Below are positions 52,805-64,000 of a stretch of DNA of 64,000 nt, piece after piece (positions within the stretch are counted from its first letter, which is position 1; the number at the start of each line of letters is the position of its first letter). Source of the DNA: Felis catus (Eukaryota); NCBI RefSeq assembly GCF_018350175.1, contig NC_058383.1, positions 3,410,001 through 3,474,000 of the forward strand, read 5' to 3'. A program made the position numbers and the translations under genes. Below the pieces are notes generated by a model. The model was given only the letters and a program-made list of their open reading frames with translations, had not been told where the DNA came from and ran no database searches.

Positions 52805-53850
52805 TGGTTCATTCATCCATCTGTCCCACACAGAAACAAGTCTGCACACTTAACATTCACGTGTCTGTGGAATGCCCGCCCTGTGCGAGGTAGCCAGCTG
52901 GGTGTCGCAAGGGTTACAAAGATAAGTCAGCACAGCCTCTGCCTTTGGAGCTTACGGCCTAATAGGACATGAGGGACGTGGCTGAGGCCAGTGCCACTGA
53001 GGAGGGAGGTCTGGAGAAGGGGTTGCAGCCGCCCAGCAAAGAGGGACAGAAAATAGGTGGGGTGTGGGGTAAGTCTTGTGGAGGAGGTGGCAGTTTGACA
53101 GCTGAGCTTTTCACGCAGAGAATGGCTGAGGCCACTCCAGGGAGGAGGAATAGAACCGACAGTGGTAAGGAGAGTGTGCAAGTGTGACAGGGTATGACAT
53201 GTTGGGTGTGGCTGCAGTGTAGCACGGGGCGGGGGTGGGGGAAGGAATGAGCTGGGAAAACTAGCTGGGAGCTGACCCAGAAGAGTCTCGACCGCTAAGT
53301 TCAGGCACTTGGACAAAGACATTCTGGGTATTGGGGAACCACAGGAGGTTCTCCATTAGGGGTGCTATTTGAACAGATCTGTAGTTCTAGAAGCTCTGTC
53401 TGGGGGTTTTGTGATGGTTGGACTGGAGGTATGGGTGAAGGATGCTGGGAAGAAGGCACGAAATTACAAGAGCCCACCTCCAGGCTGTGGAGACAAGAGG
53501 CAATGGATCCTGAAGACGTGTCATGGGGAGTTTGGGTGCTCATTAATACAGGGGGGACTCGTTAATGGAGGGGTGGAAAGAATCACCCAGGATGGCCTAA
53601 CATGCTGAGGTTTATGTGACTGTCGATGAAGAAGCCAGCAGTGAAGATGTGGAAAAGCGGTCTGGGGTGAGGACGCGGGGCTGGACTGGGACACACCGGG
53701 TGTGCAGTGGCTGTGGAGCATCTGGGCCCATGTGGCCGATGGGCAGTGGAGGGGCATCTGAAGTGGACTGGGGAGGGCTGGCAGTTCGCACTTGTGACCT
53801 TACTTTCCGAGAAAGAGTTAGGGAAGGTAACTGAATATGTGGTCTAAGCA
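52805..53850 (-). mobile_element. L2 LINE fragment
   Basis: Starts with ttcattcatcc, then cctctgcctttggagcttacggcctaa, and a purine-rich L2-like body. Confidence 0.6.
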
Positions 53851-54354
53851 CAGATGGAAACATTTGAAATCAGTTCTACCCCAGAAGTCTGTGCTGTAAG
53901 ATCCCAGGCAGTTAAAGCCACCTAAGCACATGAAGTCACTCTAAGGATCGGGTGGGCAGATTGTGGGGCGGGGGTTAAGACAAGGGGGAAGCCACTGGAC
54001 TCTAGCCCAGTCACGCGGGACCTGCAGGTTTGGGGACTGAGGGTACAGAGGGGGCACGCAGGGGACCCGTGTGGGGTCTCAGAGAAGGAGGGCAGCCTTG
54101 CCTGGATGAAGGGTACTTTCTGCACTCGTGTAGGAAAGCACAGCCCCCTCACGTCTGTAGACAGTGTCGGGGGGGGTGGGGAGCTAGTGGGGGAAACACT
54201 TTACGAGAATCCCCCTTGTAGCTCTCCATTATGTGCGTGTTTTCATTCTTTGGCAGAAGAGGCAAGGCACTGTCTCTGCTCAAGCCGCAGCCAGGTCCAG
54301 CTGGGTAGCAGACCTCTCTTCTCAGAGAATATTCATTAAAAACACAAAGTGGCG

Positions 54355-54562
54355 GGGGTGCCTGGGGGGCTCAGTCGGTTGGGCATCTGACTTTGGCTCA
54401 GGTCACGATCTCATGGTTCACAAGTTCACACCCCGCGTTGGGCTCTGTGCTGACAGCTCGGAGCCTGGAGCTGCTTTGGGTTCTGTGTCTCCCTCTCTCT
54501 CTGCCCCTCCCCCCTCATGCTCTGTCTCTCTCAAAAATAAATTTAAAAACATTTTTAAAAAA
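54355..54562 (+). mobile_element. CAN-SINE
   Basis: Head ggggtgcctggggggctcagtcggttgggcatctgac. TSD-like cacaaagtggc on both sides. Confidence 0.92.
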
Positions 54563-56592
54563 ACCCACAAAGTGGCAGAAGATGACTCCTTTCAAACAAG
54601 AGAGAAAATTCCTGGCTCAATTCTTCACTTAAAAAAAAAAAGAAAAGAAAGAAAGCCCAATTGTTGCTGGTTAGTGGACAGAAATGGTCGGGAAACATCC
54701 CATTAAGCTCTGTGGCCAGGAAATAGAACACAAAATGTACTTAGACCCACCATTAGCAGGTAAAAAGAAAAATTGGACATTTCTTTCTTGGGAATTGAGA
54801 AAACTGGAAGTGATACCATCTTTGAGAGTTTTTTAATGGAGTCTCAATTTTTGGGGGGGAGGCAGGCAAGGAGCCTGTTTTTCCTGTTCAGAATGTGGAC
54901 TGTCTCACGGAAAGGTGGCGGTCGGGTGCTAGCTTGGCCCCGTGGGGGCCGTAGGGACAGCCTCCCTTGCTCTCTGGCTGACGGCACCTCCCTTAGCTCA
55001 GCAGCCAGCAGGCCCCCTTCCACAAAGCTCCCACGCGATGGGAACTCGGGGGCTGGGGAGGGGAGGGTGGGGAACACAGTAAAGAGGAAACAGAATATAA
55101 ATTTTAAGCCTAGACATTGCCAGCTGCTTCCAGCAGAGCTGGAGGACAGCATATTTGGGCAGGAATCCAAGAAGCAGAAACACTGAGAATATAAAAGGAG
55201 CAAAAAGCTTTCTTTGCTGCTCTATCGATTGAAAAAAAAAAAAAAGTCAGTTCAGAAATCCATCAGAATGTCTTTCTGGAAACTCAGAACTGGAGGAAGA
55301 TGTGCGCGTTTCAACAACCGTTCTATTTTACCGTCTTCCCTGCTCAGAGAGTGGCATTTGTCAGTGTTTGAGCTTATCCGTAAAAAGTCTTTTGAAAGTT
55401 CCACCCAGATAAGTGTATCTGCCGAGGCTGTTGCCATTTTTTTTTTTTTTTTAAATTACGAGTTGTGTTAGGAAGCTTTGTCCAGGACCAGCCGAGCACC
55501 GCGTTCTGAATCCGCCGTCTGCAACCGAGGCTGGCTGTAGCCGGCACGGGGGTGAGGCTTCTCCGAAGGAAGCCTCCTCTGCTCTCTGGCCGGACGGCCA
55601 ACACACATCACCCATGACTTCACGCTCTCCTATTTTAAGCTTGACATACTGCACTGTGTTATTACTAGAAAGATCTCAGTGTGGCACGTTCAGGGTCTGA
55701 CTGGAGGAGCCATGTGGGGCAGAGAGCTCAGTAGAAACCGCCTTCCACCCCCCGCCCCGGGGGTGGGGGCCTGTGCTGGGGGACTGGGTTCCTCAGCTCC
55801 TCCCGGCTCCCCTCCTGTTTCTCCGGGCCTTGCGTGCCACAGCCCCTAAAGAGTGGGCGAGGAGTCCCTGGCCCTGAGGGTCCATGACCGTGGATTGTTC
55901 ACCTCACGCTGGGCTCCGGGACTTCTTGTCCGGTGCCTCTCACAAATGACTGTTGGGATACTAGGACAATGCAGAGCTGAGAACAGTGGCCGGTATCAGG
56001 CAGCATTTCTGTGCCAGGGCCCTGCAAGCTGCTCTCCTGTTTTATTCAGCTTTATTCTCACATTTGCCTGGCCCAGGGAGTTATTTTTATTGTCCCCGTT
56101 GTGCAGAGAAGCAAACGAAGACTAGAGAGTGTGAGGAACTGCGTCGGGGACAGGCCTCGAGTCCGGCCGGCTGCTCATTAAGCCGCTGTTCCACCCTGCG
56201 GCCCTCTGGTGTCAGGAGAACGGCTGCACAGGGCAGGGCCCCTCACAGGCCGGACGCCCGGGTGCCTGGGGCTGCTTGTCGGGACCCAGCCAGCCTGGTG
56301 GTTCTCATTAGATCAGATCGAGGAGAAGGAGAGTGAAGCGTGGCATTCTCCCGCGGCCCGTCGCTTGGGTTCTCGGCGTGGCTGGGACGAAGCTGAGCAA
56401 AATAATTTACGTGCCCAGAGCCCGGACACCTTCCACCTCAAAATCCCTCACCCCCGCAGGATTTGTACTGGTGATTCCTTCGGCTCTGGCCTGCGGGCTG
56501 CCCTTGCCGGGTTAGAACTTTCCACACAAATCTGACCCAAAGAGAAGGGACTCTTGTGCTAACAGGCGACTTTGTTTTTAACTTATTTTTAG

Positions 56593-56691
56593 AACCAGGA
56601 GCTGTGGGACATCTGAGTTTCACGGAGATTCTGGACACATCCCTCAAGGTCAGCTGGCAGGAGCCTCTGGAAAAAAATGGCGTTATTACAG
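56593..56691 (+). CDS. SDK1: Sidekick-1 coding exon (FN3), absent from the ORF track
   Basis: Acceptor ttatttttag and donor G|gttagt. 99 nt, phase 1 to 1. Encodes [33 protein letters not shown] and bridges the flanking exons in frame. Confidence 0.93.
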
Positions 56692-59600
56692 GTTAGTGTC
56701 CCTGTCTTCTGAAAAAGGAAATGCAGACTGTGTCCCAGCAAGGAGGTGGCCTGGTCATACCCCGCACAGCCCTCCGGGTAGACGTGCACTGGCGGCCTCT
56801 TCGGGTAGCGGACGTGTCCACCTGGCCATCGGCAGAGGGCAGAGGGCTTGGTCGCCACGCCCGCGATCATGCCCCTGGGGCCCCACGTCCTTTGGGGTAT
56901 TTCTCTGTGGGCCACAGCTTTCGAGTCAGAGGCCAGGCCTCCGTGCGTTCTCTTAAGGAACCTCTAGAGCCTTTGATCAGGGAGAATCGGCATTTTGTGG
57001 CACATCCCTTCACGCACACCGTCCCCCTCGATTCTCGAGGCGATGCGGCAAAGTATGTGCCGATATCATGACGGATTCTCAGAGGACGCTGAGGCCCAGA
57101 GGGCCCTCCTTCAGCAGGCATGCACCAGACGTCCACTGTGTGCGGACCCTTTGCTAAAACGCTGCGATCCGGCAGCGGCCAGGGCCCCGGGAGCCCCACG
57201 GGGAGGCCTGGGTGTCCTGGCTCGGGCTCCTTGCCCCTGGCCCCCCGTACAGGGCCTTCGGGGGACCCCGGCTGACCGGGGTGGCCAGGAGACAGGCTCC
57301 TCTCTGACTTCAGGCGTCTCTGGGGAGCGGTTTGTCTTTTGTAGGGCTTTGATGATTTTTTTCGTATAGAAGAGGCTTCACCTTTTAGGTTCAGGCTTAA
57401 TTTAAATCTTGGCTTGAAAAAACAGTTCTGGGTTTGGTTAACAGCCATGCAGGCTTCGGCCTCAGGTAAAGGTGGGAAGGACCGTGTCCCACTGTTTCAG
57501 GGGCTCTGAGGGCTTCAGTTCACCTCTCAGACCCTCCGTTTCTTTGTCTGGACAGTGGTACAGCCCTCGTGGGGCCGTAGGGAGGAGGCCCCGGGCAGCT
57601 GCGCGCAGTACCATCCAGAGTTGCGGCCGCCACCGGCCCCTTCCGTTTAGTGAGCGCTTTGTGAAATGTCAAGCCAGCCACCCGTGTCCCCACAGCACGG
57701 CCACGCGCCCTGGGACTCTGCCTGCAGCATCTCCCGTCATGTCTGGGGCTCCTGCCTCAGCCCTCTAAGCCTGGACCCTGAGGCCTCAGGGGTACCCAGC
57801 TCCTGAGCGAGTGGTGTCCATCCTTCCTGTGCATCTGTGACAAACCTGTCCCTCAGCGGATAGCCTGACCGCCTGCAGAAGCCCACGGAGGCCCTCCTGT
57901 GCCCGACACTCCAGAAGCCCGTTCATGCTAGCCGCGCACTGGAGAGACCAGGAGTGACGTCCGTCCCCGCTGCCCGGCCTCGGGGCCACGTCCTAGACAG
58001 CAGCAGTGGCGACCCCAGGCACTTACCACAGGCAGGCACCTCAGCATTGCAGGATCCTGTTTAGTTTGGAACAAGCACACAGAGCACCTCTTACAACCCC
58101 TGTCTGAGACCCTGGTGTCGACGTCCCAGGGTCACGTGGCCGGCACGGGGGGACAAGTGTCTGTGTTCTAGCCTCTCCCTCCTCAGTGTGACGGCGGTGG
58201 GGTTCACACCATGTTCCCAACCCCGACCCAGGGGCTCACGTCTTCCTGGGGTCATGGGCTCCCACCAAGTTTCTCCACACACCTGGCAGCTCTCTGGATG
58301 AGGTCACTTGGTGCAAAAAACTTAATTATATGCAAACAACTCAACAGCTGAATTTGAAATTAATGGAAGCCTACCTGCCTCTGTATCACTGACACCACCA
58401 GAAACCCAGCTCTGCAAACCCAGCTCTGTGGGCAAAGACGTGTGGCATGCCGTGGTCCTGAAATTGAGAACCGTGGTCCCCTGTGGACATAGGTGGGAGG
58501 CACCCAGCATCACTGTGTCCTCGCGCTGTTTCTGGGGCTCCAGGCCGTGTCCCGGGTGCCCTAAGGCATAGCCTGGGGACTGCCCTCCTACCCTAAACTC
58601 CTCTGTTTCCTTCCGTTAGTCGGGAAACTTCCTGGTGCCAACCTCTCCTGCTTGTCCACAAAACACTACCTTGTCTCCTGAGCTCGGCCAGAGGCCCCTA
58701 TAGACTGGTGTGCTTAGACCACGTCCCAGAGGGCACACGGGCCCCGATGCGGCCTCTAACCCTGACTTTCGACCAGGGTACATCTGTAGGTCTGGTTCTG
58801 CCCTCGGAGCTAACGTTTTGAAATGCCTCCTGTCAGCAACGTTGTCACTCCAGGAAAAGGGAAGAGTCACTATTGAAATTGGACAGCAGGGCCCAGATCC
58901 GTTGTGTATCCGGCAGTCCCCTCAGCATCCATCAGATCACAGGTGTGACTGCGAAACGACAAAGGCCTCCTGCTGCCTGGAGCGAAGAAACTGAACAGAG
59001 TGTGGGTGGGCAGAGCAGGACCTCGTAGACAGCAGCAGCCGGTGTAGGTGAACTTTGTTTTCTGCCACACAGAGGGAGGAAAAAGCAAAGCAAGCAGGAC
59101 CGGGGAGAAGCGCACAGAGGACGACTGCCCTCGGAAGCAAAGGGCATCCAGCTCAGATCTCTCAGGGTCGGCTCCAGTCCTATGGCCGGAACGAGGCTGT
59201 GCTCAGCGCCGACTTCAGAGGCGAGGCGTCCACATCTGCGTGCTTGGGCCCCGTGACCGCCGTGTCTCAGAAGTCTGGCCAGGGCTCCGTGGTGGACACG
59301 TATGGACCCAGAGACTTCCCTTCCGACAGAGACACAGTTGGCCCCCGCCCCGTCCTCTGTGAACGCACCCCACACCTCGCTCCTGGTGTAAATCTTCCGG
59401 CGGGCGCACGAAGTCACCGAGCAGAGCCGGCGTCCCCGGCTGAGCCGTGATTGCCAGTACTCGCGATTTACGATCATCTGTTCTCGCCAGCTAATAGGGC
59501 TTAATGAACTCATTTTCGTATTTTATTTAAACAAATACCTGTGGTTACACGCAGCGGCCTCGTGTTGTTCAGCACAGAGCTTGGCCATCGGAGCTCCTGG

Positions 59601-62495
59601 CTGCTGGCGTCCTGGTGCTTTCTGGCACCGCCGTGACCCCGCTTCCCCTGTCAGCCACGTGGTCCCCGTCTCGCTCTGTCTGGCTGCGCTGTCCCCTTTC
59701 CCACGCAAACTCTACAGCGTGCCCGGGTCCCTGCAGCTCTGGGGAGGCCTGCAGAGGAAGAGGGCCTAGCGGAGCCGAGGCCCGACGGCCGTGGTTTCCT
59801 TGGCCTCACTGCACGGGCCCCCCAGTCACCTTCCCGGTGACCCCTGCCCTCGGCGAGGCCCTCCCCGGCCCAGGCGGCGCTGCCCTGACAGGTCAGCACC
59901 CTCCCTCGACCGGGCTCCCGGGGGGCGTGCCAGCAGCAACACAGAGTCTGCCCCGGGCTCCGGGGGGAGGATTTCGCCAAGCGCAGCAAAAGGAAAGCCT
60001 GGTTTGTGGGCAAACCCGGCCTCCAAAGCCACCCACCATCCTTCTGGAGGCTCCCTGTCAGTGCAACTGCTACTGGGGCCGACGACAGCGGCACGGTGTG
60101 ATCCTCTGCATGGGGCGCTCGGTGGCCGAGACGCCCGGAGGAAGCCGTTCTTTATCTGCCTCCCAGTCAATTCGCGGCCAGAAAGAGAAGGCAGCCCCGA
60201 GCAGGGGCGGCCTGCCCGCCGAGCAAATTGCCCATTGCGCTTATTGTAAATTCCAGCATCTTCCACTCTCCCTGCGTAAACTCTGATTTATGAGGGCCAG
60301 GATGCAGACAGACAGCTTGTGATTGGATGTACTGCTCTCTTGTAGAGAATTTACTTCAGATCAACAGAAAATTATTTCTGAAGCTCCTGCGGCCGTTCGT
60401 CTCCGTTAGGCGGCATCCGGAGCAGGTAGGAGGCCCGCTGAAGGCGCCGGGCGCCGGAGGGGCGGCCCCTCCTGCCTCCTCTCGCGGCTGGAGCAGGTGA
60501 AACGCCCCCGGGCCAGAGCCGCCGGGCACAGCCGAGCTTTCCCGCGCCCTTCCTGAGCAGATGAGTGTCGTTCGGTTTCGTTTGCATCCGCAAGGGTCGT
60601 GGCCCACCCGGCGACCAGGTGTGATGCTGACGGACTCCGACAAGGCCCCCCCACTGAGGACTCCAATCGGGTTTGGGCTCCAGGTTGCCATGACGAGCAA
60701 CATGCCATATTTCCGTGAAGTTTGACGAAGGACAGCTTTGAAACGGATAAAACTGTCTGACGGCCAAGCCCGTAGCATTTCGCGACGCCTCCTGCTGTAC
60801 GTTCAGGGAAGACGCGGCCATCAGACTGCTCAGAGATGTGCCAGGTGGAGCCAGGGTCAGGGCTTCGGCGACAGGGCCGTGCACGGGGGGCTCTGTGGGG
60901 AAGCACGCAGCCCCGGGCCAGCCCCAGAAACCCTTGGCCGCTCCCAGGAAGCCCACGGACCTCTCTGCCCCTTAGTTTTCCCCCGCCGTAAAGGGGGTAG
61001 CGACGGCTCTGACCCGGAAGGTCCGCTGTGAGGATTAGATGAACTGATGTGCTCAGGACGCCCCCGAACACCAGGAACTGTGTGTTTGAAGCCAGTAATT
61101 TGGTTTTTAATCGTACAATTAGATCCAAATTCCGAACTGACAAAATGAAAAGAACGGGTTGGCCTGGCGCGCTGAGAAGGAGGGAGGCAGGATGTGGGGC
61201 GGGAGGTGAGGAGGGAGAGTCTGGGGTGTAGGGGGAGCAGGGCAGCCGGTGGGGCGTCACCTGCGGGGCCCTGTGCAGGGGAGACTAGCGGGAGGCGGGC
61301 AGGCAGCCCACAGCCCAGATGGGCGTAGCGGAGCACAGGGGCCCGGGCGGAGGTGATGTACGCAGAGGCACCCAGCGGCCAGCGGCCGGGACCCCTCTGC
61401 TGCCCTCCTGCCCCGGATGCCTGATCGGCACCGCCCAGCCGGGGGGCCTGGTGTCTGTGCCCCGGAGCCCCCGGGCTGTGGGACTGCAGACAGGCAGCAG
61501 CTTCTGACATTAATTTTTTTTTTTTTCGAAATATTACAGTCCCAAGATGCTCTCTAAATTCTTATTTACCTGCGAGCACAAGTTTCTAACTATATTTATT
61601 GCCTTCATCAGAATGAGCTTTAAGACTCCTCTCAGTGCTTCGGTGTCCCGAGTTTATTGACTGGAAAGACAGAAGAGCAAGCATTTTCGGTGGTTCCCCT
61701 CCCCGGGGGGCCCGGGAGCGCTCTCCATCACTGTCTCCCTCTTCAGGAGCCGCTCTTAAGGGTCCCTAATCACATAAACTCCCCTCCACGGGGGGCCGAT
61801 TCAGGATCTTGCTGAGGCTTTGTTTCCCTGAGCCTAAAATCACGGTGGAATCCGAGGCTGACTAAACTGTAATCTCGAGCCCCCCGCCGGCCCCCGCCCC
61901 ACACGGAACGGCGTCCAGGGGAAGGAGAAATTTCGCCAGGAAAACGGGAGGCTCAGAAGGTGGGGAGCAGTAGAAGTGGCGCCCGGGCCCAGAGGAACTT
62001 TTTAGGCAAAGCACTTTGTGCGGGAGAGAGCGTCGATCAATCATTTCATGAGGGAGAAAGTGGCAGTGTTTCCACAAATTAGTTGCAACCCAGGAGCTAG
62101 CTCCTGATTTAGAGCAGGGTATAATGAAAATACCAGCCTACGAAAATGGAAATATTGATGAAACGCATCCACGTTTTGACAAGAGTTGAAATCAGGCGCA
62201 GCAGGCTGGCGGCCATCACTCTTCTCTCCGCCACCCACCCGGCTCGGGGGCTGAGGTCGCCAAACCCAGGCAGCCCTCTGGGTCTCCACGGGGGGGGGGG
62301 GGGCGGGACGGCACTGTGGGCCCGGGGTGGGGGGGGTGCGCACTGGGCCGCAGAAGAAGGGGCCCGACTCCGAGTTGGGTTTGGGCAGGCTGCGCGTCCT
62401 CCCGGCCCCCCGTGCTGTGGCGGATGTTCAGACACAGCGCATCTGGCGTGCCCTCGGCTCCCGGGAGGCCCGGCTAACTCTGTTCTTGCTCCTAG

Positions 62496-62687
62496 GCTAC
62501 CAGGTCTCCTGGGAGGTATACGGCAGGAACGGCTCCCGGCTCACCCACACCCTCAACAGCACGACTCACGAATACAAAATCCAAGGACTGTCCTCGCTCA
62601 CCACCTACACCATCGACGTGGCTGCCGTCACCGCGGCGGGGGCCGGCCTGGCGACCTCGTCCACCATTTCTTCCGGAGTGCCGCCAG
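62496..62687 (+). CDS. SDK1: Sidekick-1 coding exon (FN3)
   Basis: Branch-point-like ggctaac at about 62472, acceptor ttgctcctag, donor G|gtcagt. 192 nt, phase 1 to 1. Encodes GYQVSWEVYGRNGSRLTHTLNSTTHEYKIQGLSSLTTYTIDVAAVTAAGAGLATSSTISSGVPP. Confidence 0.95.
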
Positions 62688-64000
62688 GTCAGTAGAGCCC
62701 AGCTGCCGCTCGTCTGAGGACGTTGCCCTCAGAGAACGCCGACGCCCGGGGCTGAAGGCAGCTCCGTGTCCCGGCCGCCGGGGACCTTCAAGAGAGGGGT
62801 GTCCGCTTCCTGCTGGCGGTGGGGTGGGAAGTGGGCCCTGTGGCCTGAGTCAGCCCCGTCCGCCAGCACCTGCTGTCGGGTGGCGGGGTGGGGGGGATCC
62901 CGCCCCGGGGAGCGAGCTGGCCGCGGGGTGCGGCCCTCCAGGGAGACGGCAGTCGGGGCCTGCAGGGAAGACGGTGAGAGATGTGGGTGTGGAAACCGAG
63001 AACAGGAAGCATGAAACTTCATTCCCCGAACTACACAATGGAGACGGGTAGAGATAAGAAGAAGGAGTTGGAGGAGGTGGCAGGGGAGGAAAGATCTTGC
63101 AGACAGAGGGAGAGGCAGACGCGTCCCCAGGCGCCGGGGACTCAATTATCTTCCCGAACATGCAGCACGCTCGCTCCAGCCTTGGAGAATGGCACTCAAC
63201 TCTTTTCTCTCTAATCTTAAAGTTTCTGTTTAAAATACATGTTTTTCCTGGGAATTCACAAACACAAGTGAACGCGGGAAAGTGCTGTGGGCTCTCGGTT
63301 CGACTGTAATTCCAGCTGTCAGTCTCTGGCCACTCACAAGATGCCAGTTTGCCTCGTGTTGGCTGGTCTTCGAGGGTTAGGCCCTGAAGCCCCCTCTGAA
63401 GTCTGCACGTCCCCCCATCGTGCCCTCCGCCTCCCTCTGCCTCCCACTCCGTGTTCACACCCAGCCGCTTTCTTGGAAGGGGGACACACGCAATCTGGAA
63501 GGGACGCAAAGCAAATAAAATGGATAGAGTAAAAAAAGAAATCCGCCCAGGAAAGAGTGCATTCTCCTCACAGGGGCCACGTTCACGAGAGAGCTCGGCA
63601 GCCGCCACCCCCAGTTGGGTGCAATGAAGGAGGAGAGCACGGTGTCTCCTCTCCTCTGAGCAGCGCGACCTCGTAGTAGGATGCTCTCTAGAGGCCAGTG
63701 GCCACCCGCTCTGCCAGCTGGGCAGGTGTCCCCAAGCCAGTCTCTGTCCCCAGATACATGATCACCGCACCCTCTCTCCGAGGTGGCGGGTCGGCACGGC
63801 CACCCACAGCGCATCCCAGGGACTTTTGGGGCCTGCGGATGCGGGGCGGGACTGGAGGATTTGCCTCTGCAGCAGGTGCTCAGGTGGTCGGGGACCACGC
63901 TTCCAGGCAGTCCGGTGTCTGTTAAAGGCGTTTACAAAATGAGTTTGCTTTTTGAAAGAGAGCAGTCTTTGACTTCCAGAAAGATTCGTTTCTTTGCCAT

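Noticed and set aside
2898..54562. tRNA-like A/B-box sequences
   Set aside because: All are heads of tRNA-derived CAN-SINEs, not tRNA genes.
59615..61510. Cluster of 140-284 aa ORFs on both strands
   Set aside because: They overlap in many frames, have low-complexity composition and show no recognisable homology, consistent with a GC artefact.
62146..63051. 301-aa ORF overlapping an SDK1 exon in another frame
   Set aside because: Gly/Pro/Arg-rich with no recognisable domain, as expected in very GC-rich DNA with few stops. The real frame is the FN3 exon.

Overview
Mammalian (felid/carnivore) genomic DNA, judged from the many tRNA-derived CAN-SINEs, including one very young feline-type copy. 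The window is an internal part of the Sidekick-1 (SDK1) gene on the + strand. Seven coding exons (20134-20281, 21240-21380, 25761-25942, 47762-47877, 49639-49831, 56593-56691, 62496-62687) splice in frame with matching phases and encode part of the fibronectin type III repeats. The gene start and end lie outside the window. The rest is intron, rich in repeats: CAN-SINEs, L1, L2, L3/CR1, ERVL/MaLR LTRs, hAT DNA-transposon fossils, microsatellites and a 33-bp minisatellite. Nearly all other ORF-track entries are repeat-derived or GC-rich chance ORFs. I found no convincing new gene or system. The most notable observations are a non-canonical GC-AG intron after a frame-symmetric exon, two inverted, convergent Charlie/Buster-type hAT transposase fossils around an LTR, a perfect 13-bp hairpin with an interleaved second stem, a 55-nt poly-G run and some unusual SINE insertions. 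Gene and repeat-family names come from recalled sequences, not database searches.
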